Of a DNA stretch of 64,000 nt, positions 45,373 to 58,300 are shown in pieces. The stretch's first letter is position 1. Each line of letters opens with the position of its first letter. Source of the DNA: the human T2T-CHM13v2.0 reference genome, Homo sapiens. Made by a program: the position numbers and the translations under genes. The notes under the pieces are model-generated. The model did no database searches. It saw only the letters and a list, made by a program, of their open reading frames with translations, and had not been told where the DNA came from. Where the stretch lies: the NCBI RefSeq assembly GCF_009914755.1, contig NC_060940.1; one strand, written 5' to 3'.

Positions 45373-47536
45373 TCAAGTGCATTCGATGATATCATTTGAT
45401 TCCATTTGATGATAATTCCATTTCATTCCATGCGATGATTCTATTCGATTCCATTCAATGATAATTCCATTCAATTCAGTGATTCCTCTGGACTCCATTT
45501 GATGATGATTCCATTCAATGATTCCATTCGATTCTATTCCAATATGATTCCATTTGAATCCATTTGATGATGATTCCATTAGATTCCATTTGATGATTCC
45601 ATTCGATTCCATTTGACGATGATTCCATTCGATTCCATTTGATGATTCCATTCTATTCTATTCGATGATGATTCCATTCGATTCCATTTGATGATGATTG
45701 GATTCGATTCCATTTGATGATTTCATTTGATTCCATTCGTTAATGATTTCGATCAACTCCATTCGATGATTCCATTTGATTCCATTCGATAATGATTACA
45801 TCCGAGTCCATTCGATGATTCCATTTGAGCCCGTTCGATAATTCCATTTGAGTCCAATCAATGATTCCATTCATTTCCATTCAATGATTCCATTCGAGTC
45901 CATTTGATCATTCTGGTAGGGTCCGTTCGATGTTGATTCCATTGGAGTGCATTCGATGATTCCATTCGAGTCCATTTTATGATTTGATTCGAGTCCTTTC
46001 GATGATTCCATTCGATTCCACTCGATGATGATTTCATTCGAGTCCATTCGACACTTCCAATCGATTCCATTTGATGTTTCCATTCGAGTCCAATTGATGA
46101 TTCCATTCAATTCCATTCGATGATGATTCCGTACGATTCCATTCTGTGATGATTCCATGTGATTGCATTCAATGATGATTCCTTTCGATTGCATTCGATT
46201 ATGATTCATTTCGTGTTCATTCTATGGTTCCACAGGTTTCCATTCGATGACGTTTCCGTTCGTGTCCATTCCATTATTCCATTCTATTTCATTTGATGAT
46301 GATTCCATTCGATTCCATTCATTGGTGATTCCACTCAATTCCATTCAATGATTCCATTCCATTTCTTTCAACAATGATTCCCTTAGTTTCTATTCGATGA
46401 TCCACTTGATTCCATTTGGCGATGATTCCATTCGTGTCCATTTGATGATTCCATTTGATTCCATATGATGATGATTCCATTCGATTCCATACCATGATGA
46501 TTCCATTCGAGTCCATTCAATGGTGATTCCATTCAATTCCATTCGATGATTCCTTCCGATTCCATTCGATGATGATGGCATTCGATTCCTTTCAATCATT
46601 CCCTTTGATTCCATTCAAAGGTGATTTCATTCAAGTCCATTCGATAATTGCATTCGATTCCATTCTATGATGATTCCATTCGAGTCCATTTGATGATTCC
46701 ATTCAATTCAAGTCAATGATGATTCCATTCGATTCCACTCGATGATTCCTTTGGATTCCATTCGATGATGATTCCATTCAAATCCATTCGATAATTCAAT
46801 TCAAGTCCATTCGATGATGATTCCAATCGAATCCATTCAAAGATTCCATTCAATTCCATTCGATGATGATTCCCTTAGATTCCATTCGATGATTCCACTT
46901 GATTCCATTTACGATGATTCCATTCGATTCCATGTGATGAATCCATTCAATTCTATTCAATGATGTTTCCATTTGATTCCATTGGACCATGATTGCCTTT
47001 GATTCCATTCAATGATTCCATTCGGTTCCATTTGATGATGATTCCGTTCGATTCCATTTCATTATTCCATTTGATTCCATTGGATGAGTCCATTCGATTA
47101 CATTCGATGATTATTCCATTCGAGTGCATTAGATGATTGCATTCGAGTCCATTCGATGATTCCATTCGATTCCATTCGATGTTGATTCTGTTCAAATCCA
47201 TTCGATGATTCCACTCGATTCCATTCGATGACTCCATTTGATCCCATTCGATGATTTCCTTTGATTCCCTTTGATGATCATTCTATTTGATTCAATTCGG
47301 TGATTTCATTTCATTCCATTCAGTGATGTTTCCATTCGACTGTATTCGATGATGATTCCATTCGACTCCATTCGATTATGATTTCATTCAATTCCATTCA
47401 ATAATGATTCCCTTCGAGTCCATTCGATGATTCCATTCGATTCCATTCAACGATGATTTGATTCGTTTCCATTCGATGATTCCATTTGATTCCACTTGAT
47501 GATGATTCCATTCGAGTCCATTTGATGATTCCATTC
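45373..47536 (+). repeat. Partial divergent HOR copy (variant W: +16 bp and +3 bp)
   Basis: Colinear with the unit but carries atgacgtttccgttcg at 46247-46262, an extra gat near 46862-46870 and many substitutions. Colinearity is lost at 47537. Confidence 0.85.
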
Positions 47537-49367
47537 GAGTCTATTTATGTATTATATTCGTGTCCACTTCATGATTCCATTCAATTCCATTTAATGTTGA
47601 TTCCATTTGATTCCATTTGATGATTCAGTTCGATTCCTTGCAATGATTCCCTACGATTCCTTTCTCTGATGATTCCATTCGATTCCATTCATTGATGATT
47701 TCATTCGACTCCATTCGATGATGATTCCTTTCGATTCCATTTGACGATGTTTCCATTCGAGTCCATTCGATGATGATTCTATTCAATTCTGTTCTATTAT
47801 GATTCCATTCGATTTCATTCAATGCTTCTATTTGATTCCATTCGATGATGATTCCATCTCTTTCCCTTCGATGATTCCATTTGATTCCATTCAGTGATGT
47901 TTCCATTTGATTCCATCTGATGATGATTTCACTTGATTCCTTTCAATGATGATTCAATTCAAGTCCATTCGATGATTCCATTGGAGTCCAAACGATCATT
48001 CCGTTCGATTCCATTCAATGGTGATTCCATTCATGTCCATTCGATGAATCCATTCAATTCCATTCGATGATGACTCCATTCGAGTACATTCGATGATTCC
48101 ATTTGATTCCATTTGAAGATGATTCCATTCAATTCCATTCGAAGATGATTCCATTCAATTCCATTCAATGATGATTCCGTATGAATCCATTCTCTGATTA
48201 TTCCATTCGATTCCATTCATTGACGATTCCATTCAATTCCATTCAATGATGATTCTCTTCTATTCCATTCGATGATTCCGGTCGATTCCATTCGATGATG
48301 ATTCCATTAGATTCCATTCGATTGTTGCATTCGATTCCCTTCGATGATGATTCCTTTGAATTCCATTCGATTATCATTCCGTATGAATCCATTTGATGAT
48401 TATTCCATTGGATTCCTTTCAATGATGATTCCATTCGATTCCATTTGATGATGTTTCTCTTGTATTCCACTGGATAATTCCTTTCAGTTCCCTTCGATGA
48501 TTATTCTTTCGAGTCAATTCGATGATTCTATTCCATTCCCTTCGATGATGATTCCATTTCACTCCATTTGATGATTCCATTCGACTCAATTTGGTGATGA
48601 TTCAATTCGATGACATTCGATGACTCCATTCAATTTCATTTGATGATGATTACATTCGAGTCCATTTGATGATTGTATTCCTTTCCTTTTGATGATTATT
48701 CCATTCGTGTCTATTCAAAGGTTCCATTCTATTCCATTCAATGATGATTGCATTTGATTCCATTCAATGATTATGGCTATCGATTCCACTCGTTGATTCC
48801 ATTTGATTCCGTTCGATGATTATTCCGTTAGATTCCATTAGAAGACTCCATTCGATTTTATTCAATGATTCCAATGGATTCCATTCAATGATGATTCCAT
48901 TCGACTCCATTCAGTGATTCCATTCGAGTCCATTTGATGATTCCATTCTTTTCCATTTGATGATGATTCCATTAGGGTCCATTCAATGATTCCATTCGAG
49001 TCCATTCGTTAATGCTTTTCGAGTCCTTTTGATCACTACATTCGAGTCCATTCAATGATTCTATTCGATTCCATTCCATGATGATTCCATTCGAGTTCAT
49101 TCGATGATTGCATTCGAGTCCATTTGATGATTCCATATGATTCCCTTCGACAATGATTCCATTCGTGTCCATTTGATGATTCCATTCATTTCCTATCGAT
49201 GAAGATTCCGTTCGAGTGTATTCGATGATTCCATTCAAATCCATTCGATGATGATTCCATTCCAGTCCATTCGATCATTCCACTTGATTCCATTTGATGA
49301 CTATTCCATTCAAATCCATTTGATGATTCCATTCGATTCCATTCGATGTTACCATTCGAGTATATAC
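47537..49367 (+). repeat. Divergent non-HOR HSat2 island (~1831 bp)
   Basis: Follows HSat2 grammar but contains words not seen in the HOR (ctatttatgtattatattcg, ccctacgattcctttctc, ggagtccaaacg, ttatggctatcg, gagtatatacg). Its ORF translations at 47625-49244 match no other copy. Confidence 0.85.
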
Positions 49368-49502
49368 GATGATTCCACTCGATTCCATTTGATGATTATT
49401 CCATTGGAGTCCACTTAGTGAATCCTTTAGATTCTACTCGAAGATGATTCCATTCGAGTCCATTCGATGATACCACTCAATTCCATTCGTTGATGCTTCC
49501 AT

Positions 49503-52500
49503 TCAAGTGCATTCGATGATATCATTCGATTCCTTTTGATGATAATTCCATTTGATTCCATGCGATGATTCTATTCGATTCCATTCAATGATAATTCCAT
49601 TCAATTCAGTGATTCCTCTGGACTCCATTTGATGATGATTCCATTCAATGATTCCATTCGATTCTATTCGAAAATGATTCCATTTGAATCCATTTGATGA
49701 TGATTCCATTGGATTCCATTTGATGATTCCATTCGATTCCATTCGATGATGATTCCATTCGATTCCTTTTGATGATTCCATTCTATTGTATTCAATGATG
49801 ATTCCATTCGATTCCATTCGATGATGATTGGATTCGATTCCATTTGATGATTTCATTTGATTCCATTCGATAATGATTTCGATCAATTCCATTCGATGAT
49901 TCCATTCGATTCCATTCGATAATGATTACATCCGAGTCCATTCGATGATTCCATTTGAGCCCGTTCGATAATTCCATTTGAGTCCAATCAATGATTCCAT
50001 TCATTTCCATTCAATGATTCCATTCGAGTCCATTTGATCATTCCGGTAGGGTCCGTTCGATGTTGATTCCATTGGAGTGCATTCGATGATTCCATTCGAG
50101 TCCATTTTAGGATTTGATTCGAGTCCTTTCGATGATTCCATTCGATTCCACTCGATGATTTCATTCGAGTCCATTCGACACTTCCAATCGATTCCATTTG
50201 ATGTTTCCATTCGATTCCAATTGATGATTCCATTCAATTCCATTCGATGATGATTCCGTACGATTCCATTCTGTGATGATTCCATGTGATTGCATTCAAT
50301 GATGATTCCTTTCGATTGCATTCGATTATGATTCATTTCGTGTTCATTCTATGGTTCCACAGGCTTCCATTCGATGATGTTTCCATTCGTGTCCATTCCA
50401 TTATTCCATTCTATTCCATTTGAAGATGATTCCATTCGATTCCATTCATTGGTGATTCCACTCAATTCCATTCAATGATTCCATTCCATTTCTTTCAACA
50501 ATGATTCCATTAGTTTCTATTCGATGATCCACTTGATTCCATTTGACGATGATTCCATTCATGTCCATTCGATGATTCCATTTGATTCCATATGATGATG
50601 ATTCCATTCGATTCCATACGATGATGATTCCATTCGAGTCCATTCAATGGTGATTCCATTCAATTCCATTCGATGATTCCTTTCGATTCCATTCAATGAT
50701 GATGGCATTCGATTCCTTTCGATCATTCCCTTTGATTCCATTCAAAGGTGATTTCATTCAAGTCCATTCGATAATTGCATTCGATTCCATTCTATGATGA
50801 TTCCATTCGAGTCCATTTGATGATTCCATTCAATTCAAGTCAATGATGATTCCATTCGATTCCACTCGATGATTCCATTGGATTCCATTCGATGATGATT
50901 CCATTCAAATCCATTCGATAATTCAATTCAAGTCCATTCGATGATGATTCCAATCGAATCCATTCAAAGATTCCACTCAATTCCATTCGATGATGATTCC
51001 CTTAGATTCCATTCGATGATTCCACTTGATTCCATTTACGATGATTCCATTCGATTCCATGTGATGATTCCATTCAATTCTATTCAATGATGTTTCCACT
51101 TGATTCCATTCGAACATGATTGCCTTTGATTCCATTCAATGATTCCATACGGTTCCATTTGATGATGATTCCATTCGAGTGCATTAGATGATTCCATTCG
51201 AGTCCATTCGATGATTCCATTCGATTCCATTCGATGTTGATTCTGTTCAAATCCATTCGATGATTCCACTCGATTCCATTCGATGACTCCATTTGATCCC
51301 ATTCGATGATTTCCTTTGATTCCCTTTGATGATCATTCCATTTGATTCAATTCGGTGATTTCATTTGATTCCATTCAGTGATGTTTCCATTCAACTCCTT
51401 TCGATGATGATTCCATTCGACTCCATTCGATTATGATTTCATTCAATTCCATTCGATAATGATTCCCTTCAAGTCCATTCGATGATTCCATTCGATTCCA
51501 TTCAACGATGATTTGATTCGTGTCCATTCGATGATTCCATTTGATTCCATTTGATGATGATTCCATTCGAGTCCCTTTGATGATTCCATTCAATTCCATT
51601 CTCCGATGATTTCTTTTGAGCCCATTCAATGCTTCCACTCGATTCCATATGATGATGACTCCATTTGATGAAATTCCATGATGATTCCATTCGCTTGCAT
51701 TCGATGATGATTCCACTTGAGTCCGTTAGAAGATTCTATTCAATTACATTCCATGACGATTCTGTTCGAGTCCATTTGATGATTCCATTAGACTCCATTT
51801 GACGATGATTCCATTCGATGTTATTCGATGATGCTTCCATTCAACTCCATTCGATGTTTCCATTCGAGTTCATTCTATTATTCCATTAGATTCCATTCGA
51901 TGATGATTCCATTCGATTCCATTTGATGATTGCATTCTGTTTCATTTGATGATGATTCCATTCGAGTCCATTCGATGATTCCATTCGAGTCCATTTAATG
52001 TATCCATTGGTTTCAATTCTATGATGATTACATTGGATTCCATTCGTTGATGATTTCATTCGATTCCATTCAATGATGATTCCATTCAATTCCATTCAAT
52101 GATTCCATTCAATTCCATACGATGATGATTCCATTTGATTTGATTCGACAGTGAGCCATTCGATTCAATTCCATGATGATTCTATTTGATTCAATTGGTT
52201 GACATTTCCATTCGATTCCATTCGATGATGATTCCATTTGATTCCATTCAAAGATGATTCCATTCTAGCCCATTCAATCATTCCATTCGATTCTATTCAA
52301 TGATGATTCCATTCATGTCGATTTGGTGATTCCATTTGACTTCATTTGATGATGATTCCTTTCAAGTTCATTAGATGATTCCATTCGATTCCATTTGATG
52401 ATGATCCCATTCCAGTCCATTCAGTGATTCCACTCGTTTCCATTCCATGATGATTCCATTCCATTCCATTCAATGACTCCATTCGATTCCGTTTGATGAT

Positions 52501-55356
52501 GATTTCATTCGAGTCCATTTGATGATTCCATTTGATTCCATTCGATGATGATTACATTCGAGTCCATACGATGATTCCACTCAATTCCATATCATGATGA
52601 TTCCATTCGATTCCATTCGATGATTCCATTCTATTCTATTCAATGGTGATTCCATTCGAGTACATTAGATGATTCCATTCGATTCCATTCAATGATGATT
52701 CTATTTGTGTCCCTTAGATGGTTCCACATGATTCCATTTCATGATGATACTATTTGAGCCCATCCAATGATTCCCTTCGTATCCATTCGATGAGGATTCC
52801 ATTCGATTCAATTCATTGGTGATTCTATTCAATTCAATTCTTTGATTCCATTCCATTCCATTCGACAATGATTCCATTCGATTTCTTTCGATGATTCCAC
52901 TCGATTCCACTTGACATTGATTCCATTCGATTCCATTCAATGATTCCGTTTGATTCCAGTGGATGATGATTGCCATCGATTCCATTCGATCACTCCATTC
53001 TATTCCATTTGATGATGATTACATTCGATTCCATTTGATGATTCCATCTGATTCTATTCGAGGATTCCATTTGATTCCATTCGATGATGATTCCATTCGA
53101 GTGCATTCGATGATTTCATTCGAGTACATCCAATGATTCCATTCGAGTCCATTTGATGATTCCATTTAATTCCATTTGATTATGATTCTACTAGAGTCCA
53201 TTCAATGACTCCATTCGAATCCATTCAACAATTCCATTCGAGGCCATTCGATGATTCCATTTCATGATTCCATTCGAGTCCATTTAATCATTACAGTCGA
53301 GTCCATTTGGTGATTCCACTGGATTTCTTTTGATAATGATACCATTCAATTACATTTGATGATGATCCCATTCAATTTCATTTGATGGTGATTCCATTAG
53401 AGTATATTCGATGATTTCATTCGAGTCCCTTCATTGATTCCATCCGATTTCATTTGATGATGACTCCATTCGAGTCCATTCGATGATTCCACTCGATTCC
53501 ATCAGATGGTTCCATTGGAGTCCATTTGATTGTTCCATTCGATTCTATTCGATTCCTTTCGAAGATTATTCCATTTGAGTCCATTCGATGATGATTCCAT
53601 TCCATTCCATTCGATGATTCCGTTTGATTCCATTCGATGATTCCCTTCGATTCCTTTCTTTGATGATTCCATTCCATTCCATTCAATGATTCCATTCGAA
53701 TCTATTCCATGATGATTCCTTTCGATTCCATTCGCTGATGTTTCCGTTCAATTCCATTCGATGATGATTCCATTCGATTCCATTCATTGAGGATTCCATT
53801 TGATTCCATTCAATGATGATTCCGTTCTATTCCATTCAATGATTGCATTCAATTCCATTCAATGATTATCCCCTTAGAGTAAACTCAACGATTCCATTCA
53901 ATACCATTCGATGATGATTCCTTTTGAGTCCATTCAATGATTTCATTCAAGTCCATTTGATGATTCCTTTCAATTCCATTCTATGATGATTCCATTCGAG
54001 TCCATTCGATGATTCCATTCGATTGCATTCGATGATTCCATTATATTCCATTCAACAATGATTCCATTCGAGTCCATTCGATGATTCCATTAGAGTACAT
54101 TTAATGATTGCTTTGTTTTCAATTCGAAGATGATTACATTGGATTCCATTCTATGATACCATTCGATTCCATTCAATGATGATTCCACTCAAATCCATTG
54201 GATGATTCCATTCGTGTCCATTCGGTGATTTCATTAGATTCCATTCGAGGATGATTCCATTCGATTCCATTCGATGATTCCATTCAATTCCATTCGATGA
54301 TGATTCCATTCCAGTCCATATGATCATTCCATTTGATTTCATTCGATGGATGATTCCATTCGATTCCATTCGATGATTCCATTCTATTCCATTCGATGAT
54401 GATTCCATTCGAGTCCATTCGATGATTCCATTCGAGTCCATTTAATGATTCCATTGGGTTCAATTCAATGATGATTACATTGGATTCCGTTCTATGATTC
54501 CATTCAATTCCGTTCATTGACAATTTGATTCCATTCGATGATGATTCCATTTGAGTTCATTCGATGATTCTATTCGATTCTCTTCGATGGTGATTCAATT
54601 CTATTATATTGGATGATTCCATTCGATTCCATTTGATGTTTATTCAATTCGATTCTATTCGATGATGATTCCATTGGATTTCACTTGATGATTCTATTCG
54701 ATTCCATTCAATGATGATTCACTTCTCGTCCATTGGATGATTCCATTTCATTCCATTCGATGATGATTCCATTCGATTCCATTCGATGATTCCATTTGAT
54801 TCCATGCGTCGGTGAGCAATTCGATTCAATTCCATGATGATTCTATTTGATTCAATTAGATGATGTTTCCATTCGAATCCATTCCATGATTATTCCATTG
54901 GAATCCATTCGGCGATGATTCCATATGAGTCAATTCAATGATGATTCCATATGGGTCCGTTTGATGATAATTCCATTTGATTTCATTCGGTGCTTCTATT
55001 CAATTCCAGTCGATGATGATTCCGCTGGAGTCCATACGATGATTCCATTTGATTTCATTTGATGATGATTCCATTCGATGATGATTACATTGGATTCCAT
55101 TCTATGATTCCATTCAATTCCATTCGTTGATGATTCGATTCCATTCAATGATGATTCCATTTGAGTTCATTCGATGATTCTATTCGATTCCGTTCGATGG
55201 TGATTCAATTCTCTTATATTGGATGAATCCACTCGATTCCATTTGATGATTATTCCATTGGAGTCCACTTAGTGAATCCTTCAGATTCTACTCGAAGATG
55301 ATTCCATTCCAGTCCATTCGATGATACCATTCAATTCCATTCGTTGATGCTTCCAT
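49503..55356 (+). repeat. Divergent HOR copy with multiple indels (5854 bp)
   Basis: Indels -3, +16, +3, -72, -23, -170, -10 and +1 sum to -258 = 5854-6112. Confidence 0.85.
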
Positions 55357-58300
55357 TCAAGTGCATTCGATGATATCATTCGATTCCATTTGATGATAAT
55401 TCCATTTGATTCCATGCGATGATTCTATTCGATTCCATTCAATGATAATTCCATTCAGTTCAGTGATTCCTCTGGATTCTATTTGATGATGATTCCATTC
55501 AATGATTCCATTCGATTCTATTCGAAAATGTTTCCATTTGAATCCATTTGATGATGATTCCATTAGATTCCATTTGATGATTCCATTCGATTCCATGCGA
55601 CGATGATTCCATTCGATTCCATTTGATGATTCCATTCTATTCTATTCGATGATGATTCCATTCGATTCCATTCGATGATGATTGGATTTGATTCCATTTG
55701 ATGATTTCATTTGATTCCATTCGTTAATGATTTCGATCAATTCCATTCGATGATTCCATTCGATTCCATTCGATGATGATTGGATTTGATTCCATTTGAT
55801 GATTTCATTTGATTCCATTCGTTAATGATTTTGATCAATTCCATTCGATGATTCCATTCGATTCCATTCGATAATGATTACATCCGAGTCCATTTGATGA
55901 TTCCATTTGAGCCTGTTCGATAATTCCTTTTGAGTCCAACCAATGATTCCATTCATTTCCATTCAATGATTCCATTCGAGTCCATTTGATCATTCCAGTA
56001 GGGTCCATTCGATGTTGATTCCATTGGAGTGCATTCGATGATTCCATTCGAGTCCATTTTAGGATTTGATTCGAGTCCTTTCGATGATTCCATTCGATTC
56101 CACTCGATGATGATTTCATTCGAGTCCATTCGACACTTCCAATCGATTCCATTTGATGTTTCCATTCGAGTCCAATTGATGATTCCATTCAATTCCATTC
56201 GATGATGATTCCGTACGATTCCATTCTGTGATGATTCCATGTGATTGCATTCAATGATGATTCCTTTAGATTGCATTCGATTGTGATTCATTTCGTCTTC
56301 ATTCTATGGTTCCACAGGTTTCCATTCGTGTCCATTCCATTATTCCATTCTATTCCATTTGATGATGATTCCATTCGATTCCATTCATTGGTGATTCCAC
56401 TCAATTCCATTCAATGATTCCATTCCATTTCTTTCAACAATGATTCCATTAGTTTCTATTCGGTGATCCACTTGATTCCATTTGACGACGATTCCATTCG
56501 TGTCCATTCGATGATTCCATTTGATTCCATATGATGATGATTCCATTCGATTCCATACGATGATGATTCCATTCGAGTCCATTCAATGGTGATTCCATTC
56601 AATTCCATTCGATGATTCCTTTCGATTCCATTCGATGATGATGGCATTCGATTCCTTTCAATCATTCCCTTTGATTCCATTCAAAGGTGATTTCATTCAA
56701 GTCCATTCGATAATTGCATTCGATTCCATTCTATGATGATTCCATTCGAGTCCATTTGATGATTCCATTCAATTCAAGTCAATGATGATTCCATTCGATT
56801 CCATTCGATGATTCCATTGGATTCCATTCGATGATGATTCCATTCAAATCCATTCGATAATTCAATTCAAGTCCATTCGATGATGATTAAAATCGAATCC
56901 ATTCAAAGATTCCATTCAGTTCCATTCGATGATTCCCTTAGATTCCATTCGATGATTCCACTTGATTTCATTTACGATGATTCCATTCGATTCCATGTGA
57001 TGATTCCATTCAATTCTATTCAATGCTGTTTCCATTTCTTTCCATTCGACCATGATTGCCTTTGATTCCATTCAATGACTCCATTCGGTTCCTTTTGATG
57101 ATGATTCCGTTCGATTCCATTTCATTATTCCATTTGATTCCATTGGATGAGTCCATTCGATTACATTCGATGATTATTCCATTCGAGTGCATTAGATGAT
57201 TCCATTCGAGTCCATTCGATGATTCCATTCGATTCCATTCGATGTTGATTCTGTTCAAATCCATTCGATGATTCCACTCGATTCCATTCGATGACTCCAG
57301 TTGATCCCATTCGATGATTTCCTTTGATTCCCTTTGATGATCATTCCATTTGATTCAATTCGGTGATTTCATTTGATTCCATTCAGTGATGTTTCCATTC
57401 GACTCCATTCGATGATGATTCCATTCGACTCCATTCGATTATGATTTCATTCAATTCCATTCGATAATGATTCCCTTCGAGTCCATTCGATGATTCCATT
57501 CGATTCCATTCAACGATGATTTGATTCGTGTCCATTCGATGATTCCATTTGATTCCACTTGATGATGATTCCATTCGAGTCCATTTGATGATTCCATTCA
57601 ATTCCATTCTCCGATGATTTCTTTTGAGCCCATTCAATGCTTCCACTCGATTCCATATGATGATGACTCCATTCGATGAAATTCGATGATGATTCCATTC
57701 GTTTGCATTCGATGATGATTCCACTTGAGTCCATTAGAAGATTCTATTCAATTACATTCCATGACGATTCCGTTCGAGTCCATTTGATGATTCCATTAGA
57801 CTCCATTCGACGATGATTCCATTCGATGTTATTCGATGATTCCATTCGATCTCATTCGATGATGATTCCATTCAACTCCATTCGATGTTTCCATTCGAGT
57901 TCATTCTATTATTCCATTAGATTCCATTCGATGATGATTCCATTCGATTCCATTTGATGATTGCATTCTATTTCATTTGATGTTGATTCCATTCGAGTCC
58001 ACTCGATGATTCCATTCGAGTCCATTTAATGAATCCATTGGTTTCAATTCTATGATGATTACATTGGATTCCATTCGTTGATGATTTCATTCGGTTCCAT
58101 TCAATGATGATTCCATTCAATTCCTTTCAATGTTTCCATTCAATTCCATACGATGATGATTCCATTTGATTTGATTCGACAGTGAGCCATTCGATTCAAT
58201 TCCATGATGATTCTATTTGATTCCATTGGTTGACATTTCCATTCGATTCCATTCGATGATGATTCCCTTTGATTCCATTCAAAGATGATTCCATTCTAGC

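Noticed and set aside
47537-49367. Island as a transposon, viral or gene insertion
   Set aside because: It is still entirely HSat2-grammar sequence, with no poly-A tail, target-site duplication, LTR, or Alu/L1 features, and it replaces unit sequence rather than simply inserting.
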